Below, piece by piece: positions 18,106 to 27,248 of a stretch of 39,975 nt of DNA. Position 1 is the stretch's first letter, and the number at the start of each line of letters is the position of its first letter. The notes below the pieces were generated by a model. It saw nothing but the letters and a program-made list of their open reading frames with translations, ran no database searches and was not told the origin of the DNA. Position numbers and translations under genes: made by a program. This DNA is from a virus (taxonomy: Duplodnaviria > Caudoviricetes): IMG/VR virus record IMGVR_UViG_3300043447_000338, positions 1-39,975 of that record. One strand, written 5' to 3'.

Positions 18106-18473
18106 GCACCACTAAACTCGAACCTGGAGACCGCGTGAAGACTTACAGCGGGCGGGCTACCACCATTGTCGGCCACACCCCGAACCATTTTCGTGAACAA
18201 TACCCAATCACAGCTTGGGCACAAGCTCCCGCAGACCCAGAGAATTTTTCTGAGGAGTTTGACGGGCATGAGTCTCTTACTTTGACAAAAAGCGGGGATT
18301 TCTTTCTTGGAACGCCCGGCGGCCTTTCTCTTGATCTTGACACTGTTGTTAAGTTCCGAGACGCTATGCTAACCCTGGCTACAGACCCCAAAGGCAAGTG
18401 GACTGACCTGCCAGAAGAGACATTCCTAGAGATTGCTGAGGCTGTGAGGGATTACCTGCTGTTGCCAAAATGA
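18102..18473 (+). CDS. Hypothetical protein
   Basis: 123 aa, SD GGGAG, ATGA overlaps at both ends. Confidence 0.6.
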   Translation: MSTTKLEPGDRVKTYSGRATTIVGHTPNHFREQYPITAWAQAPADPENFSEEFDGHESLTLTKSGDFFLGTPGGLSLDLDTVVKFRDAMLTLATDPKGKWTDLPEETFLEIAEAVRDYLLLPK

Positions 18474-18841
18474 CCAGGATTAACTGCGTTCCTGTGGAAG
18501 AGTTGTCCGACAAGCACTTAGGGGCCGAATACCGCGAACTGCCCCGAGTGTTCGCCCTGGCGCAAGCTGCCTACCTGCGCGGAGAAGACCCTAACACCTA
18601 CCCGCAAAAGTACGTGCTGGGTCCAGGGCACGTAAAGTTTTTCTACGACCGACTGGGATGGCTCACAATTAGATTTCATCAAATTGTGAATGAGTGTTTA
18701 GCCCGTGGGCGTGTTTGTAATTTTAGAGCCGCTCCACGAGTAACAAATCCCCCTGAGTGGTACAGGGCGTGGGAGCCCACTCCCGAAGCGCTGGCGCTTA
18801 ATCGCCAGAGAATAGCAGATAGAAAAGGAGGAAATATGTAG
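18470..18841 (+). CDS. denV: Pyrimidine-dimer DNA glycosylase / AP lyase (T4 endonuclease V family)
   Basis: MTRINCVPVEELSDKHLGAEYRELPRVF (catalytic N-terminal Thr and Glu), LG.GHVKFFYDRL. Confidence 0.92.
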   Translation: MTRINCVPVEELSDKHLGAEYRELPRVFALAQAAYLRGEDPNTYPQKYVLGPGHVKFFYDRLGWLTIRFHQIVNECLARGRVCNFRAAPRVTNPPEWYRAWEPTPEALALNRQRIADRKGGNM

Positions 18842-19122
18842 TGGCATTCTTTACCGTCAATCTTTGGCTAGACAGTCCAGATCTTAAATCAATCAATGAA
18901 AGGTTAAAATACATCATGGCTACACAAGCTCAACTCGCTGCTCAATTGACTGCTCTTGCTACTCAAGCAGAAAAAGCTAAGGCGGAAGTCACCACCAAAC
19001 TGGCAGACTTGCAGACAGCATTGGATAACGCCGGCTCCACCACACCAGAGGTAGACGCTGCCCTGGCCGCGTTGGCTGCCGCTGTGCAAGCTACGGACGA
19101 TATCGTCCCTGACGTAGTCTAA
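18841..19122 (+). CDS. Ala-rich coiled-coil hypothetical protein
   Basis: 93 aa; heptad pattern ending DDIVPD; start uncertain (GTG 18841 or internal ATG). Confidence 0.55.
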   Translation: MAFFTVNLWLDSPDLKSINERLKYIMATQAQLAAQLTALATQAEKAKAEVTTKLADLQTALDNAGSTTPEVDAALAALAAAVQATDDIVPDVV

Positions 19123-19124
19123 AC

Positions 19125-19808
19125 GTGATAGCTCTACTGTTCTCTGGAGGCAAAGACTCTAGGCTATTGCTAGAGGGCTTTGCCCCTTTTTTAGACCAAA
19201 TTACAGTCGTTTGGGTAAACCCAGGCGACTACCTGCCTGATGATGAGGCGTATGTAAGAGACTTACTTAGCCAATGCCCGCACCATACAATCATAGACTC
19301 CGATGTCAAAAGTCACATCAAAGCTTGTGGCTGGCCTGTGGACGTTGTGCCTGTAAACTGGACCGTGCCCGGACAAATAGGACATGGCAAGCGACCTTTT
19401 ACGTTTCAACCGTACACTGAATGCTGTGCTCACAATATTTGGAAGCCACTGAATGACTGGATTGCAGCCAATGGCGTGACTAAGGTGTACACAGGCCAGC
19501 GGAACGACGAAGAGTTCCACGACCGTAGACGGGAAGTGAAATCTGTTACCCACAATGGCGTAGAGTGGGTGAGCCCACTTGCTAACTGGACAGAGGCTGA
19601 GGTGTGGGCTGCCCTGCACCGCTTGCAGCGGCAAAAGGGCTTGCAGGTAGCCCCTAGCTATTTACGAGGCGCCACCGCCAGCGTAACATGCGCCCACTGC
19701 ACCGCCTACAGGCCCAAGGCCAGGGGGCGCGTACTGCCCCAGCAAATACAGTCTACAGTGGATGCCGCGCTACTTGCCCTCCACTTAGCAATTAAGGAGT
19801 CCATGTAA
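19125..19808 (+). CDS. PAPS-reductase-family (PP-loop) protein
   Basis: FSGGKDS PP-loop, CC pair, GQRNDE, PLANWTEAEVW and CAHC. Confidence 0.85.
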   Translation: MIALLFSGGKDSRLLLEGFAPFLDQITVVWVNPGDYLPDDEAYVRDLLSQCPHHTIIDSDVKSHIKACGWPVDVVPVNWTVPGQIGHGKRPFTFQPYTECCAHNIWKPLNDWIAANGVTKVYTGQRNDEEFHDRRREVKSVTHNGVEWVSPLANWTEAEVWAALHRLQRQKGLQVAPSYLRGATASVTCAHCTAYRPKARGRVLPQQIQSTVDAALLALHLAIKESM

Positions 19809-20665
19809 TGTTCAAGCCAATGCTCGCCTGCGAGTTAGAAGATCCCACAAAGCTCAAATTTCCCGTGCTTGTCAGCCCTAAGTTAGACGGGATTCGTTGT
19901 TTGATGTTTGCGGGGGTTGCCTACTCTCGCAATATGAAGCCTATACGGAACAGGTTCATTCAACAACAGCTCAAAGAGCTAGACAACCTGGATGGAGAAT
20001 TGATTGTGGGCTCCCCCAAGGCACCTGACTGCATGAACGCCACGCAGTCTGGAGTGATGTCTGCAGATGGAGAGCCAGCATTCACTTACTGGACGTTTGA
20101 TTCTCCACTGGCGAATGTGCCATTTGCGCAGAGGCTGCGGCAGGCAGACGCCTGCAATATTAGAGTTATGCAGGTGCCCCATGTACTTGTGAATTCTGTG
20201 GAGGAGTTGCTTGAGTATGAAAAAGTGATGCTTGAGGAGGGGTATGAGGGTATTATGGTGCGCTGCCCCCACGGCCCCTACAAGCAGGGCCGCAGCACCG
20301 CCCGGGAAGGCTGGCTATTTAAACTCAAACGGTTTTCGGACGGCGAGGGTGTGGTTGTTGGCCTAGAGCCTGCTAAGCACAACACAAATGTGATGACGCG
20401 AGACGAGCTCGGCCGTGCTAAACGCTCCACCCACGCGGCGGGCATGGTGGAGCTAGATATGATTGGCACGATTTTGATTCAAACTGATGATTGGGGACTC
20501 CTACGCCTGTCCCCTGGCATCATGACGCACACGGAGCGGGCCAGTTACTGGAAAAACTATGGCGCTCTAATTGGACAAGTGGTACACTGGCGCAGCTTTG
20601 GCTACGGGGTAAAGGACAAGCCAAGGTTCCCCAGGTTCTACGGCATTAGAGGAGATCACGTATGA
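19808..20665 (+). CDS. lig: ATP-dependent DNA ligase
   Basis: Motif I KLDGIR, DGEL, GYEGIM, LFKLK and PRFP. Confidence 0.92.
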   Translation: MFKPMLACELEDPTKLKFPVLVSPKLDGIRCLMFAGVAYSRNMKPIRNRFIQQQLKELDNLDGELIVGSPKAPDCMNATQSGVMSADGEPAFTYWTFDSPLANVPFAQRLRQADACNIRVMQVPHVLVNSVEELLEYEKVMLEEGYEGIMVRCPHGPYKQGRSTAREGWLFKLKRFSDGEGVVVGLEPAKHNTNVMTRDELGRAKRSTHAAGMVELDMIGTILIQTDDWGLLRLSPGIMTHTERASYWKNYGALIGQVVHWRSFGYGVKDKPRFPRFYGIRGDHV

Positions 20666-20781
20666 ACATCATCTATATCGTACTTTGCGTCATCGGCTTT
20701 TTGGCAGGCTGTTTGTTCTTTTTAGGCGCCCACGGTAACAACTTTGAGGCTCACGATTATGACAGCAAATTCCCTGATTAA
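20662..20781 (+). CDS. 39-aa membrane peptide (not in the ORF track)
   Basis: MNIIYIVLCVIGFLAGCLFFLGAHGNNFEAHDYDSKFPD; SD GAGGAG; ATGA overlap with the ligase stop. Confidence 0.5.
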   Translation: MNIIYIVLCVIGFLAGCLFFLGAHGNNFEAHDYDSKFPD

Positions 20782-21085
20782 AGAGCGCGGTGTGTATGAA
20801 GTGATGGGAACTCTGTTCTTTGTGGAGTATACAAGGACAGCGCCCATCTCCATACACACGGTGCGAGTTGTAGATGGAGACTACAAGCCTTGCGGGCCTG
20901 AGCTTGCCATACTTGCGGATAATATTTACACTTTACAAAGCAACGGCCCGCTTAGAATGCTTGCTGAATCCTTACTTGCCCACCTTATTGGAGAAATAAA
21001 TGAGCGACCCCTTAACACCGAGCCAGCTAGCCCAACTAGCGACCGAATTCAAGCAATTGCAAGAGCAAAGACTAGAGGCGGATAA
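20759..21085 (+). CDS. Hypothetical protein
   Basis: ORF fills the operon gap; probable start ATG 20759. Confidence 0.5.
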   Translation: MTANSLIKERGVYEVMGTLFFVEYTRTAPISIHTVRVVDGDYKPCGPELAILADNIYTLQSNGPLRMLAESLLAHLIGEINERPLNTEPASPTSDRIQAIARAKTRGG

Positions 21086-21392
21086 GCTTGCAGCTGAGCT
21101 CAAGCTGCAAGAGGCCATGCTCAAGGTCAAGATACTAGAGGGGCTAGCCACCTTAGAAATTTCCTCTATTGGCGCTGGAGAGTATCAGGTCTCTCGTAAA
21201 TTGAAAGAAGTGCCTATAGTTACAGACTGGAAAGAGTTCACCAAGTACGTCATAGATACTAAAGATTTATCTTTGCTGGAACGCCGCCCCAGCAAAGCCG
21301 CGCTTACCGAGCGGCGCACAGGCGGCAATGCGGTGCCAGGGACTGGCACTTTTACTGACTACTCGTTATCATTCACTAAGTTGAAAGGCTAG
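21000..21392 (+). CDS. Coiled-coil replication/recombination-module protein
   Basis: 130 aa; V.DW.EF.KYV....DLSLLERR..K and VPG pattern common before phage SSB genes; SD GGAG. Confidence 0.55.
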   Translation: MSDPLTPSQLAQLATEFKQLQEQRLEADKLAAELKLQEAMLKVKILEGLATLEISSIGAGEYQVSRKLKEVPIVTDWKEFTKYVIDTKDLSLLERRPSKAALTERRTGGNAVPGTGTFTDYSLSFTKLKG

Positions 21393-21394
21393 AC

Positions 21395-22162
21395 ATGACT
21401 GAAGTTACTAAACCCAACCAAACAGCGCTCGCCCTGCCTCAGTCATTCTTGACTGAGCTGGCTGTACACGCTAAGGATGCTGCCGCCAAAGAGCGCCCAT
21501 CCGCCGGTCGGCTGTCCCTTAAAGGGGGGCTGTCCTATGACGGTACACCCGTGCCCGGCAACAAGCTAGAGGTGGTGATTGTGGGCGGCGCTTACCGCAA
21601 TGTTCTGTACAAGGGTCGTTACGACCCAGACAACATCACCAGCCCGGATTGTTTTGCCTTGGCTGTGGAAGACGAGGACATGAAACCACATGAGAATGTG
21701 CTGAATCCAGAGAACGACACCTGCAAGGGCTGCCCTATGGCGGAATGGGGCAGCAGCCCCACAGGGGGCCGGGGCAAGGCGTGTAAGGAGACTCGCCGAC
21801 TTGTGCTGTTGCCCGCCAACAACCTAGCGTCGGCGGACGCCATTAAAGGCTCTGAGATGGCCATTCTAGACATTCCCGTAACCAGCGTCAAGAACTATCG
21901 CAACCTTGTCAACGTAGTGGCGGGCACCCTTAACTTGCCAGTCTATGCGGTGATTGTGCTGGTAGAATGGTCTCCTGATCCTAAGACACAAATCAAGGTC
22001 ACATTCACCCCACTGCGTGTAGCCGGGGATGAAGAAATAATCCGCGCCATTATGGCCCGCCGTGAGGAGGCTACCCGCCTCGCCACCATCCCTTACGACA
22101 GCAAAGAACCTGAGGACGAGCAGCCTGTTAAGGCCCCTGTCAGCACTAAGAAGAAGTTTTAA
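21395..22162 (+). CDS. Putative ssDNA-binding / annealing protein with Zn-binding Cys
   Basis: PDCF..., C.GCP..EWGS...GKACK..RRL and an acidic tail ending in F; upstream of the polymerase. Confidence 0.55.
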   Translation: MTEVTKPNQTALALPQSFLTELAVHAKDAAAKERPSAGRLSLKGGLSYDGTPVPGNKLEVVIVGGAYRNVLYKGRYDPDNITSPDCFALAVEDEDMKPHENVLNPENDTCKGCPMAEWGSSPTGGRGKACKETRRLVLLPANNLASADAIKGSEMAILDIPVTSVKNYRNLVNVVAGTLNLPVYAVIVLVEWSPDPKTQIKVTFTPLRVAGDEEIIRAIMARREEATRLATIPYDSKEPEDEQPVKAPVSTKKKF

Positions 22163-22208
22163 GTCGGCTTCCAATTCGCAGTTGCCTGCCGACTCTTTTT
22201 ATTCACTT

Positions 22209-22232
22209 GAGCCCGCCACGTGCGGGCTCTTT
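22209..22232 (+). terminator. Intrinsic terminator
   Basis: GAGCCCGC-CACGT-GCGGGCTC-TTT. Confidence 0.65.
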
Positions 22233-22257
22233 ACCCTGCACACACTAGGAGAAGTAT

Positions 22258-24066
22258 GTGATAACGTTTGACTTTGAAACTGAAGCTATTGTAGGCAACC
22301 CCATCCACAACCCACCCAAGCCCGTGGGCGTCGCCATTCAGCACGATGGACAAGCTCCGTTTTACCTTGCATGGGGCCACTCTATAGGTAATAACTGTAA
22401 TTTTGAGGAAGGACGGCGCACCCTGCTTGGTGCCCTCGCCATTGCTGATGATTGGTGCTGCCACAACGCGGCGTTTGACATGGCAGTGCTCCAGAAATGG
22501 ATGGGAGTGAGTGCCCCTAAAAACTGGCTCAATTTACATGACACTCAATTCCTTGTATTTCTACATGACCCCTACGCCTTCAGCTTCGGCCTTAAGCAAA
22601 GCGCGGAGCGCATTCTAGGGACGCCGCCAGATGAGCAAGAGGCTTTACGAGACTGGGTTATGGCCCATGTGCAGGGTGCAACGCTTAAAACCTGGGGTGC
22701 CCACATTGCCAAGGCCCCTGGCACGCTGGTGGGCCAATACGCCTGCGGGGACGTAGCCCGTACCTACGCCCTGTGGGCTAAGCTACACCCCAGCATTGTG
22801 GAGCAGGGCATGCAAGCAGCTTACCAGCGAGAGCAGCTACTCATGCCCATCTTGTCCGAGTCTAGTAGGCGCGGTGTGCGCGTCGATCTTGAGAAGTTGG
22901 AGGCGGCAATTGAAAAATACACGGCGGCTAAAGAAAAAGCTGAGCAAAGCATATTCGCCACGCTTGGAGAGTTCAACATCGATTCTGATAGGGAGCTGGC
23001 GGAGAGACTGGCAGCTAAAGACCAAGTCACCGAATGGGTGCTCACCCCGACTGGCAAGCGGTCGACAGCACGGAAAAACCTCGTGGGTAGAGTCCGCGAT
23101 CCTGGACTCCTTGATGCCCTCGCATATCGCGGTATTCTTGCAACCTGCCTCGGCACCTTTGCCGAACCTTGGGCTCTGGCCGCACGTGAGAACTCTGGAC
23201 GCCTACACCCTCAATGGAATCAAGTACGTGGTGATAGGGGGGCTGGCGGCGACTTGTCCGGCACGCGCACCGGGCGCATGTCGTGTCGTGACCCAAACCT
23301 TCAGAACATCCCAAACGACTTTGAAGGAGTCACCGTCCCAGATGGGCTGCCTCCACTCATCCACATGCGAGAGTTCCTTTTACCTGAGGAGGGACATGTC
23401 TGGGTCAAGCGAGACTTCAGCGCGCAAGAAATGCGAATCATGGCGCACTTTGCAGAAGGTAAGCTGTTTGACGCATTCCTAGCCGATCCGGCCACGGACC
23501 CTCACAAGACAGTGCAGCAGCTGATCAAGGACATGCTGGGCATTGACATGCCGCGTAAGTACGTCAAGATTACAGGCTTCGGCATTATGTACGGTCGAGG
23601 CATCCCCAACCTATCCGCCGCGTTGGGCGTACCTGTGGATGAGGGCAAGGCTGTGCGAGATGCCTACTTTGCCGCCCTGCCAGAGATTAAGCGCATGTCC
23701 GCCGAGATTAGAGACATTGGGCGGCGCGGCCAGCCGATTAAAACTTGGGGCGGGCGCAAATACTTCCGCGAGCCTGACCCCACAGGACGAGACCTGTCTT
23801 ACAAACTGTTCAATTACCTTATTCAAGGTAGCGCGGCAGACCAGACAAAACAGTCACTCATTGACTGGGACAGTGCCAGATTTAAAGATCATCATCTTAT
23901 CGCTGCCGTACATGATGAAATAAACATCTCCGTACCCGAGGATCAGGTAGAGGTGGGAATGCAAGCTCTTAGAGAGTCTATGGACTGGTCACGTTTTGAC
24001 GTGCCCTTTATGAGCGAAGGCTACACTGGCCCCAATTGGCAAGACCTGGAGAGCTACGATGACTAA
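22258..24066 (+). CDS. Family A DNA polymerase with 3'-5' exonuclease
   Basis: Exo I DFET, Exo II HNAAFD, Exo III YACGD; TGRMS..PNLQN, motif A DFSAQEMR, motif B RKYVKITGFGIMYG (Phe at the E. coli 762 position), motif C VHDE. Confidence 0.95.
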   Translation: MITFDFETEAIVGNPIHNPPKPVGVAIQHDGQAPFYLAWGHSIGNNCNFEEGRRTLLGALAIADDWCCHNAAFDMAVLQKWMGVSAPKNWLNLHDTQFLVFLHDPYAFSFGLKQSAERILGTPPDEQEALRDWVMAHVQGATLKTWGAHIAKAPGTLVGQYACGDVARTYALWAKLHPSIVEQGMQAAYQREQLLMPILSESSRRGVRVDLEKLEAAIEKYTAAKEKAEQSIFATLGEFNIDSDRELAERLAAKDQVTEWVLTPTGKRSTARKNLVGRVRDPGLLDALAYRGILATCLGTFAEPWALAARENSGRLHPQWNQVRGDRGAGGDLSGTRTGRMSCRDPNLQNIPNDFEGVTVPDGLPPLIHMREFLLPEEGHVWVKRDFSAQEMRIMAHFAEGKLFDAFLADPATDPHKTVQQLIKDMLGIDMPRKYVKITGFGIMYGRGIPNLSAALGVPVDEGKAVRDAYFAALPEIKRMSAEIRDIGRRGQPIKTWGGRKYFREPDPTGRDLSYKLFNYLIQGSAADQTKQSLIDWDSARFKDHHLIAAVHDEINISVPEDQVEVGMQALRESMDWSRFDVPFMSEGYTGPNWQDLESYDD

Positions 24067-24271
24067 GTGGCGGAAGCGCCCCAAGCCCTGCCACTGTGGA
24101 GGCTATTGGTTCCCACACCGTAAGGGCTCCGGAGCATGTGAGCACAACGGAGCCGACGCTATTCGGCATATCGCCAAACGGCTTGGCCTGTCTCCAACAG
24201 AGACGCAAGAATTCTTTATAGACTATGCACTTGAAAACCCTGGGAAAGTGAGTACAACATGTCCATTCTAG
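24059..24271 (+). CDS. Small Cys/His-rich hypothetical protein
   Basis: CHCGGYWFPHRKGSGAC; overlaps both neighbours. Confidence 0.6.
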   Translation: MTKWRKRPKPCHCGGYWFPHRKGSGACEHNGADAIRHIAKRLGLSPTETQEFFIDYALENPGKVSTTCPF

Positions 24272-24975
24272 CATCTTCTTTTCGTTGGAGCTTTTCTCAA
24301 TGGGAAACTTACAATCAATGCCCTGCCAAGTGGAAGTTTAAGAGTGTGTTGAAGCTGCCGGGGCTGCCCCCTGGCCCAGCCGCTACCCGTGGACTAGAGA
24401 TACACGATAGTGTGGAGCATTACATTCTTAGTCCAGGCAGGGCAGCAGATACGCTCCACCATGCGGTAAAGCCCAAGTACATCCCCGTACTGGACGAGTT
24501 CAAGAACCACGGAAATGGAGACCGCCACACAGAGCTGAAGCTCGCCTTTACCAAAGACTGGGGGCTGGTGCAGGGCATTACTGGCGAGCTCACTTGGTGT
24601 GTTATGGTGCTAGATGCTGCCCGTGTGGGCGATGGTTGGAAGAAAACTGAGCCCTGTGTGGTGCGCGTGGGTGAGTGGAAAAGTGGCAAGCCCAAAGACA
24701 CCCACGGGGACCAGCGCAAGCTATACGCCCTGGGCGCGTTGCTCAAATGGCCATTTGCTGACTCTGTAGAAGTGACCACTTACTACCTTGAAGATACGGG
24801 CCCCCCACAACGACTCACTGCATCTAAGTCTGCAGAAGACAAATTGAAAGATCTGTGGCAGGGGCGGGTAGAGCAGATGCAGGGCGATAGTTTTTGCGCC
24901 CCCAAGCCCAGCATGGCCTGCAACTGGTGTGACTACGCCAAAAAGAAGGGAGGCCCCTGTGCGTTCGGTTCTTGA
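24259..24975 (+). CDS. Cas4-like PD-(D/E)XK exonuclease
   Basis: SFSQWETYNQCP, G..IH, LD..EWKSGK and C-terminal C.WC......C. Confidence 0.8.
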   Translation: MSILASSFRWSFSQWETYNQCPAKWKFKSVLKLPGLPPGPAATRGLEIHDSVEHYILSPGRAADTLHHAVKPKYIPVLDEFKNHGNGDRHTELKLAFTKDWGLVQGITGELTWCVMVLDAARVGDGWKKTEPCVVRVGEWKSGKPKDTHGDQRKLYALGALLKWPFADSVEVTTYYLEDTGPPQRLTASKSAEDKLKDLWQGRVEQMQGDSFCAPKPSMACNWCDYAKKKGGPCAFGS

Positions 24976-25366
24976 GAAAAAGATAGAAGATCGAGTTGTT
25001 AAGTGGGCTGACGCAAGGGGTGTTATCTGCTTGAAGTTGAATTTGTGGGGGAATACTGGCTGGCCTGACCGAATATTTCTCTACAATGGGCGGATCGCAT
25101 TCATAGAATTCAAGGCTCCAGGCCAGAAGCCCGCTAGAAATCAGCCCGCCCGCATCAGCAAACTTAAATCTCACATGTTTTTAGTAGGAGTGTACGATGA
25201 CCCAACTGCCGCCATTGCCTTTTTGGAAGCCGCGCTCTTTTCAAGCCCAGGCAGTGAAGCTGGGAGTGTCTCAGGCGTGTCTGGGGCTGCTCTTTCCAGC
25301 AGGGGCGGGCAAGACGTCCACGATGTATGCCATCCTAAGCATACTAAAGCAGAAAAAGCTGATTAA
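24929..25366 (+). CDS. VRR-NUC domain nuclease
   Basis: EKKIE..V, GWPDR, FIEFK.PG.KP..Q. Confidence 0.85.
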   Translation: MTTPKRREAPVRSVLEKKIEDRVVKWADARGVICLKLNLWGNTGWPDRIFLYNGRIAFIEFKAPGQKPARNQPARISKLKSHMFLVGVYDDPTAAIAFLEAALFSSPGSEAGSVSGVSGAALSSRGGQDVHDVCHPKHTKAEKAD

Positions 25367-26576
25367 ACAGGCCCTCGTCATCTGCCCTGTGCGCCCCATG
25401 TGGCGGGTGTGGCCCAACCAAAAGAATGCTTACGCGGACTTTGAACACCTTACGGTTGCCGTGGCCCATGGGGCTGATAAAGACGAGGTGCTGCGCTCGC
25501 AAGTAGACATCGTTTGTATTAACCCAGAGGCGTTGACATGGCTGTTCGCATCCCCAGAGAGGGAGAAGTATGTCAAAGCTAACTTTGATGTCCTCATAGT
25601 CGACGAGAGCACTTACTTTCAGAACACGCAAAGCCAGCGGTTCAAGCTACTGAAGAAGGTGGTGCCTATCTTCAAGCGGCGGTACATCCTCACAGGCAGT
25701 ATGATTCATAAAGACCTGCTGGGGCTGTTTGGCCAGATTTACATTCTAGATGAGGGGCAGTCGCTAGGGAGGTACATCACCAAGTTTAAGACTGAATACT
25801 TCTACCCCTCCGGCTGGGGCGGCTACGAGTGGCGCCCTATGGAGAACGCAGAGGCCCGCATCATAGAGAAGATACAGCCTTTAGTCTGCAGAGCGGAGAT
25901 TTCTGGCGTGGTGGACCTACCTGAGCTTATTGTGGAAGACATCTTTGTGGAGTTGCCTGCCCCCGCACAGGTGCTCTATAAGAAGATGTGGGATGAGCTG
26001 CTCGTGTCTGTAGGAGAGGGAGAGGTGGTGGCGGCGAATGCTGCCGTAGCCTCTGGCAAGTGCAGGCAAATCGCAAATGGAGGCATCTACGTGTCCCCAA
26101 GTGTGTGGGAGCCTGTACATGATGAGAAGATGGCTGCGTTGGAAGAGTTACTTGAGCGCCTCTGTGGTGACCCTGTGCTTATCACGTATGAGTTTCAATT
26201 TGATCGCGAGAGAATTGCGGAGCGGTTCAAAGTGCCATGTATCAGCACAGGCAATGCTAAGAAAGACGCAGAGTACATAGACCTTTTCTCTAAAGGACTG
26301 CTGCCTGCTGTAATGGGCTCGCCAAAATCTATCGCGCTAGGAATTGACGGGTTGCAAAACTCATGCAATCACATCGCTATGTTCGGCGTGCCGTGGAGTC
26401 TGTTGGACTACCAACAGACCATTGCCCGTGTACAGCGCAGCGGCAGCAAAGCCAAACACTGCTATCTGCACCGTATTCTGGCTGCGAATACTGTGGATGA
26501 GAGAGTCATCAAGGTTCTGGAAAACAGAGAAGCGACACAGGAGGCGTTTATGGGGCTATTGATTCCCCTTGAGTGA
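25197..26576 (+). CDS. SNF2-family (SF2) helicase
   Basis: GAGKT, VDES, LTGS, GIDGLQ, QTIARVQRSG. Confidence 0.88.
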   Translation: MTQLPPLPFWKPRSFQAQAVKLGVSQACLGLLFPAGAGKTSTMYAILSILKQKKLIKQALVICPVRPMWRVWPNQKNAYADFEHLTVAVAHGADKDEVLRSQVDIVCINPEALTWLFASPEREKYVKANFDVLIVDESTYFQNTQSQRFKLLKKVVPIFKRRYILTGSMIHKDLLGLFGQIYILDEGQSLGRYITKFKTEYFYPSGWGGYEWRPMENAEARIIEKIQPLVCRAEISGVVDLPELIVEDIFVELPAPAQVLYKKMWDELLVSVGEGEVVAANAAVASGKCRQIANGGIYVSPSVWEPVHDEKMAALEELLERLCGDPVLITYEFQFDRERIAERFKVPCISTGNAKKDAEYIDLFSKGLLPAVMGSPKSIALGIDGLQNSCNHIAMFGVPWSLLDYQQTIARVQRSGSKAKHCYLHRILAANTVDERVIKVLENREATQEAFMGLLIPLE

Positions 26577-26589
26577 TAGTAAAATTAAA

Positions 26590-26618
26590 TTGCTATTTTA
26601 CAAATGAACAAGTATACT
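26590..26618 (+). promoter_or_regulatory. Putative sigma70 promoter
   Basis: TTGCTA-N17-TATACT with an AT-rich upstream element; followed by the palindrome CAGTGC-GATAAT-GCACTG (26626-26643). Confidence 0.6.
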
Positions 26619-26670
26619 GTCTCTACAGTGCGATAATGCACTGCTCACCAACTAACGGAGTTATACAATC

Positions 26671-27123
26671 ATGGCAAAAGGTAAAAAGTTTGCTTCGCAA
26701 GAAGCTGTTGTAGAGGTTGCGGCTACGGAGGCAGCCCCTAAGGCTGCGGCCAGCCGGGGCCCCCGTGGCACTGTAGAGACCGCAGTGATTACTGTGCTTG
26801 TGGGCGACAACCCCAAGCGCGCAGGTAGCAAGGCCCACACAGTGTTCAGCCACTATCAGTCTGGCCAGACTATCGCCGCTTTTGCAGACGCCCTGGCCAC
26901 TGCTGGCCTGGGCAAGGAAGCTACACCTAACCTCGTGTACGACGCCAAGCACGGCTACATCGCCATTGAAGGCTACGACCCAGGCGAGATCGTGGTAAAA
27001 GCTGCCAAGGAGCCAAAAGCCCCTAAAGAAGCAAAGGCCCCCAAGGCTAAGAAAGAGAAGAAAGTAGCCGCTGCGGAAGACGCCTCCGCAGTTGAGGCTG
27101 CTGTACAAGAAGAAACGATGTAA
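26671..27123 (+). CDS. Lys/Ala-rich putative DNA-binding protein with a histone-H1-like tail
   Basis: NPKRAGSKA core; KAAKEPKAPKEAKAPKAKKEKK tail; own promoter and terminator. Confidence 0.7.
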   Translation: MAKGKKFASQEAVVEVAATEAAPKAAASRGPRGTVETAVITVLVGDNPKRAGSKAHTVFSHYQSGQTIAAFADALATAGLGKEATPNLVYDAKHGYIAIEGYDPGEIVVKAAKEPKAPKEAKAPKAKKEKKVAAAEDASAVEAAVQEETM

Positions 27124-27207
27124 AGAAGAGGGTGGCCGTAACTCCCCGGCTGTGCAAGCGAGCTCTGGCAGCACTCGTCCTTCGCAACGCTCCATAAATT
27201 ACATATC

Positions 27208-27232
27208 AGCCCCACTGAGCAGTGGGGCTTTT
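27208..27232 (+). terminator. Intrinsic terminator
   Basis: AGCCCCACTG-AG-CAGTGGGGCT-TTT. Confidence 0.7.
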
Positions 27233-27248
27233 GTTTGGAGAAATTAAA

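Noticed and set aside
24259-24975. Cas4-like nuclease as evidence of CRISPR-Cas
   Set aside because: Stand-alone Cas4-like exonucleases are routine in phage replication modules next to PolA, VRR-NUC and SNF2.
27124-27207. Intergenic segment with twister-ribozyme-like words (TAAC..., GTGCAAGC, GCAC)
   Set aside because: I could not build the P1/P2/T2 pairings by eye; an Infernal/Rfam search would be needed, so it is not called.
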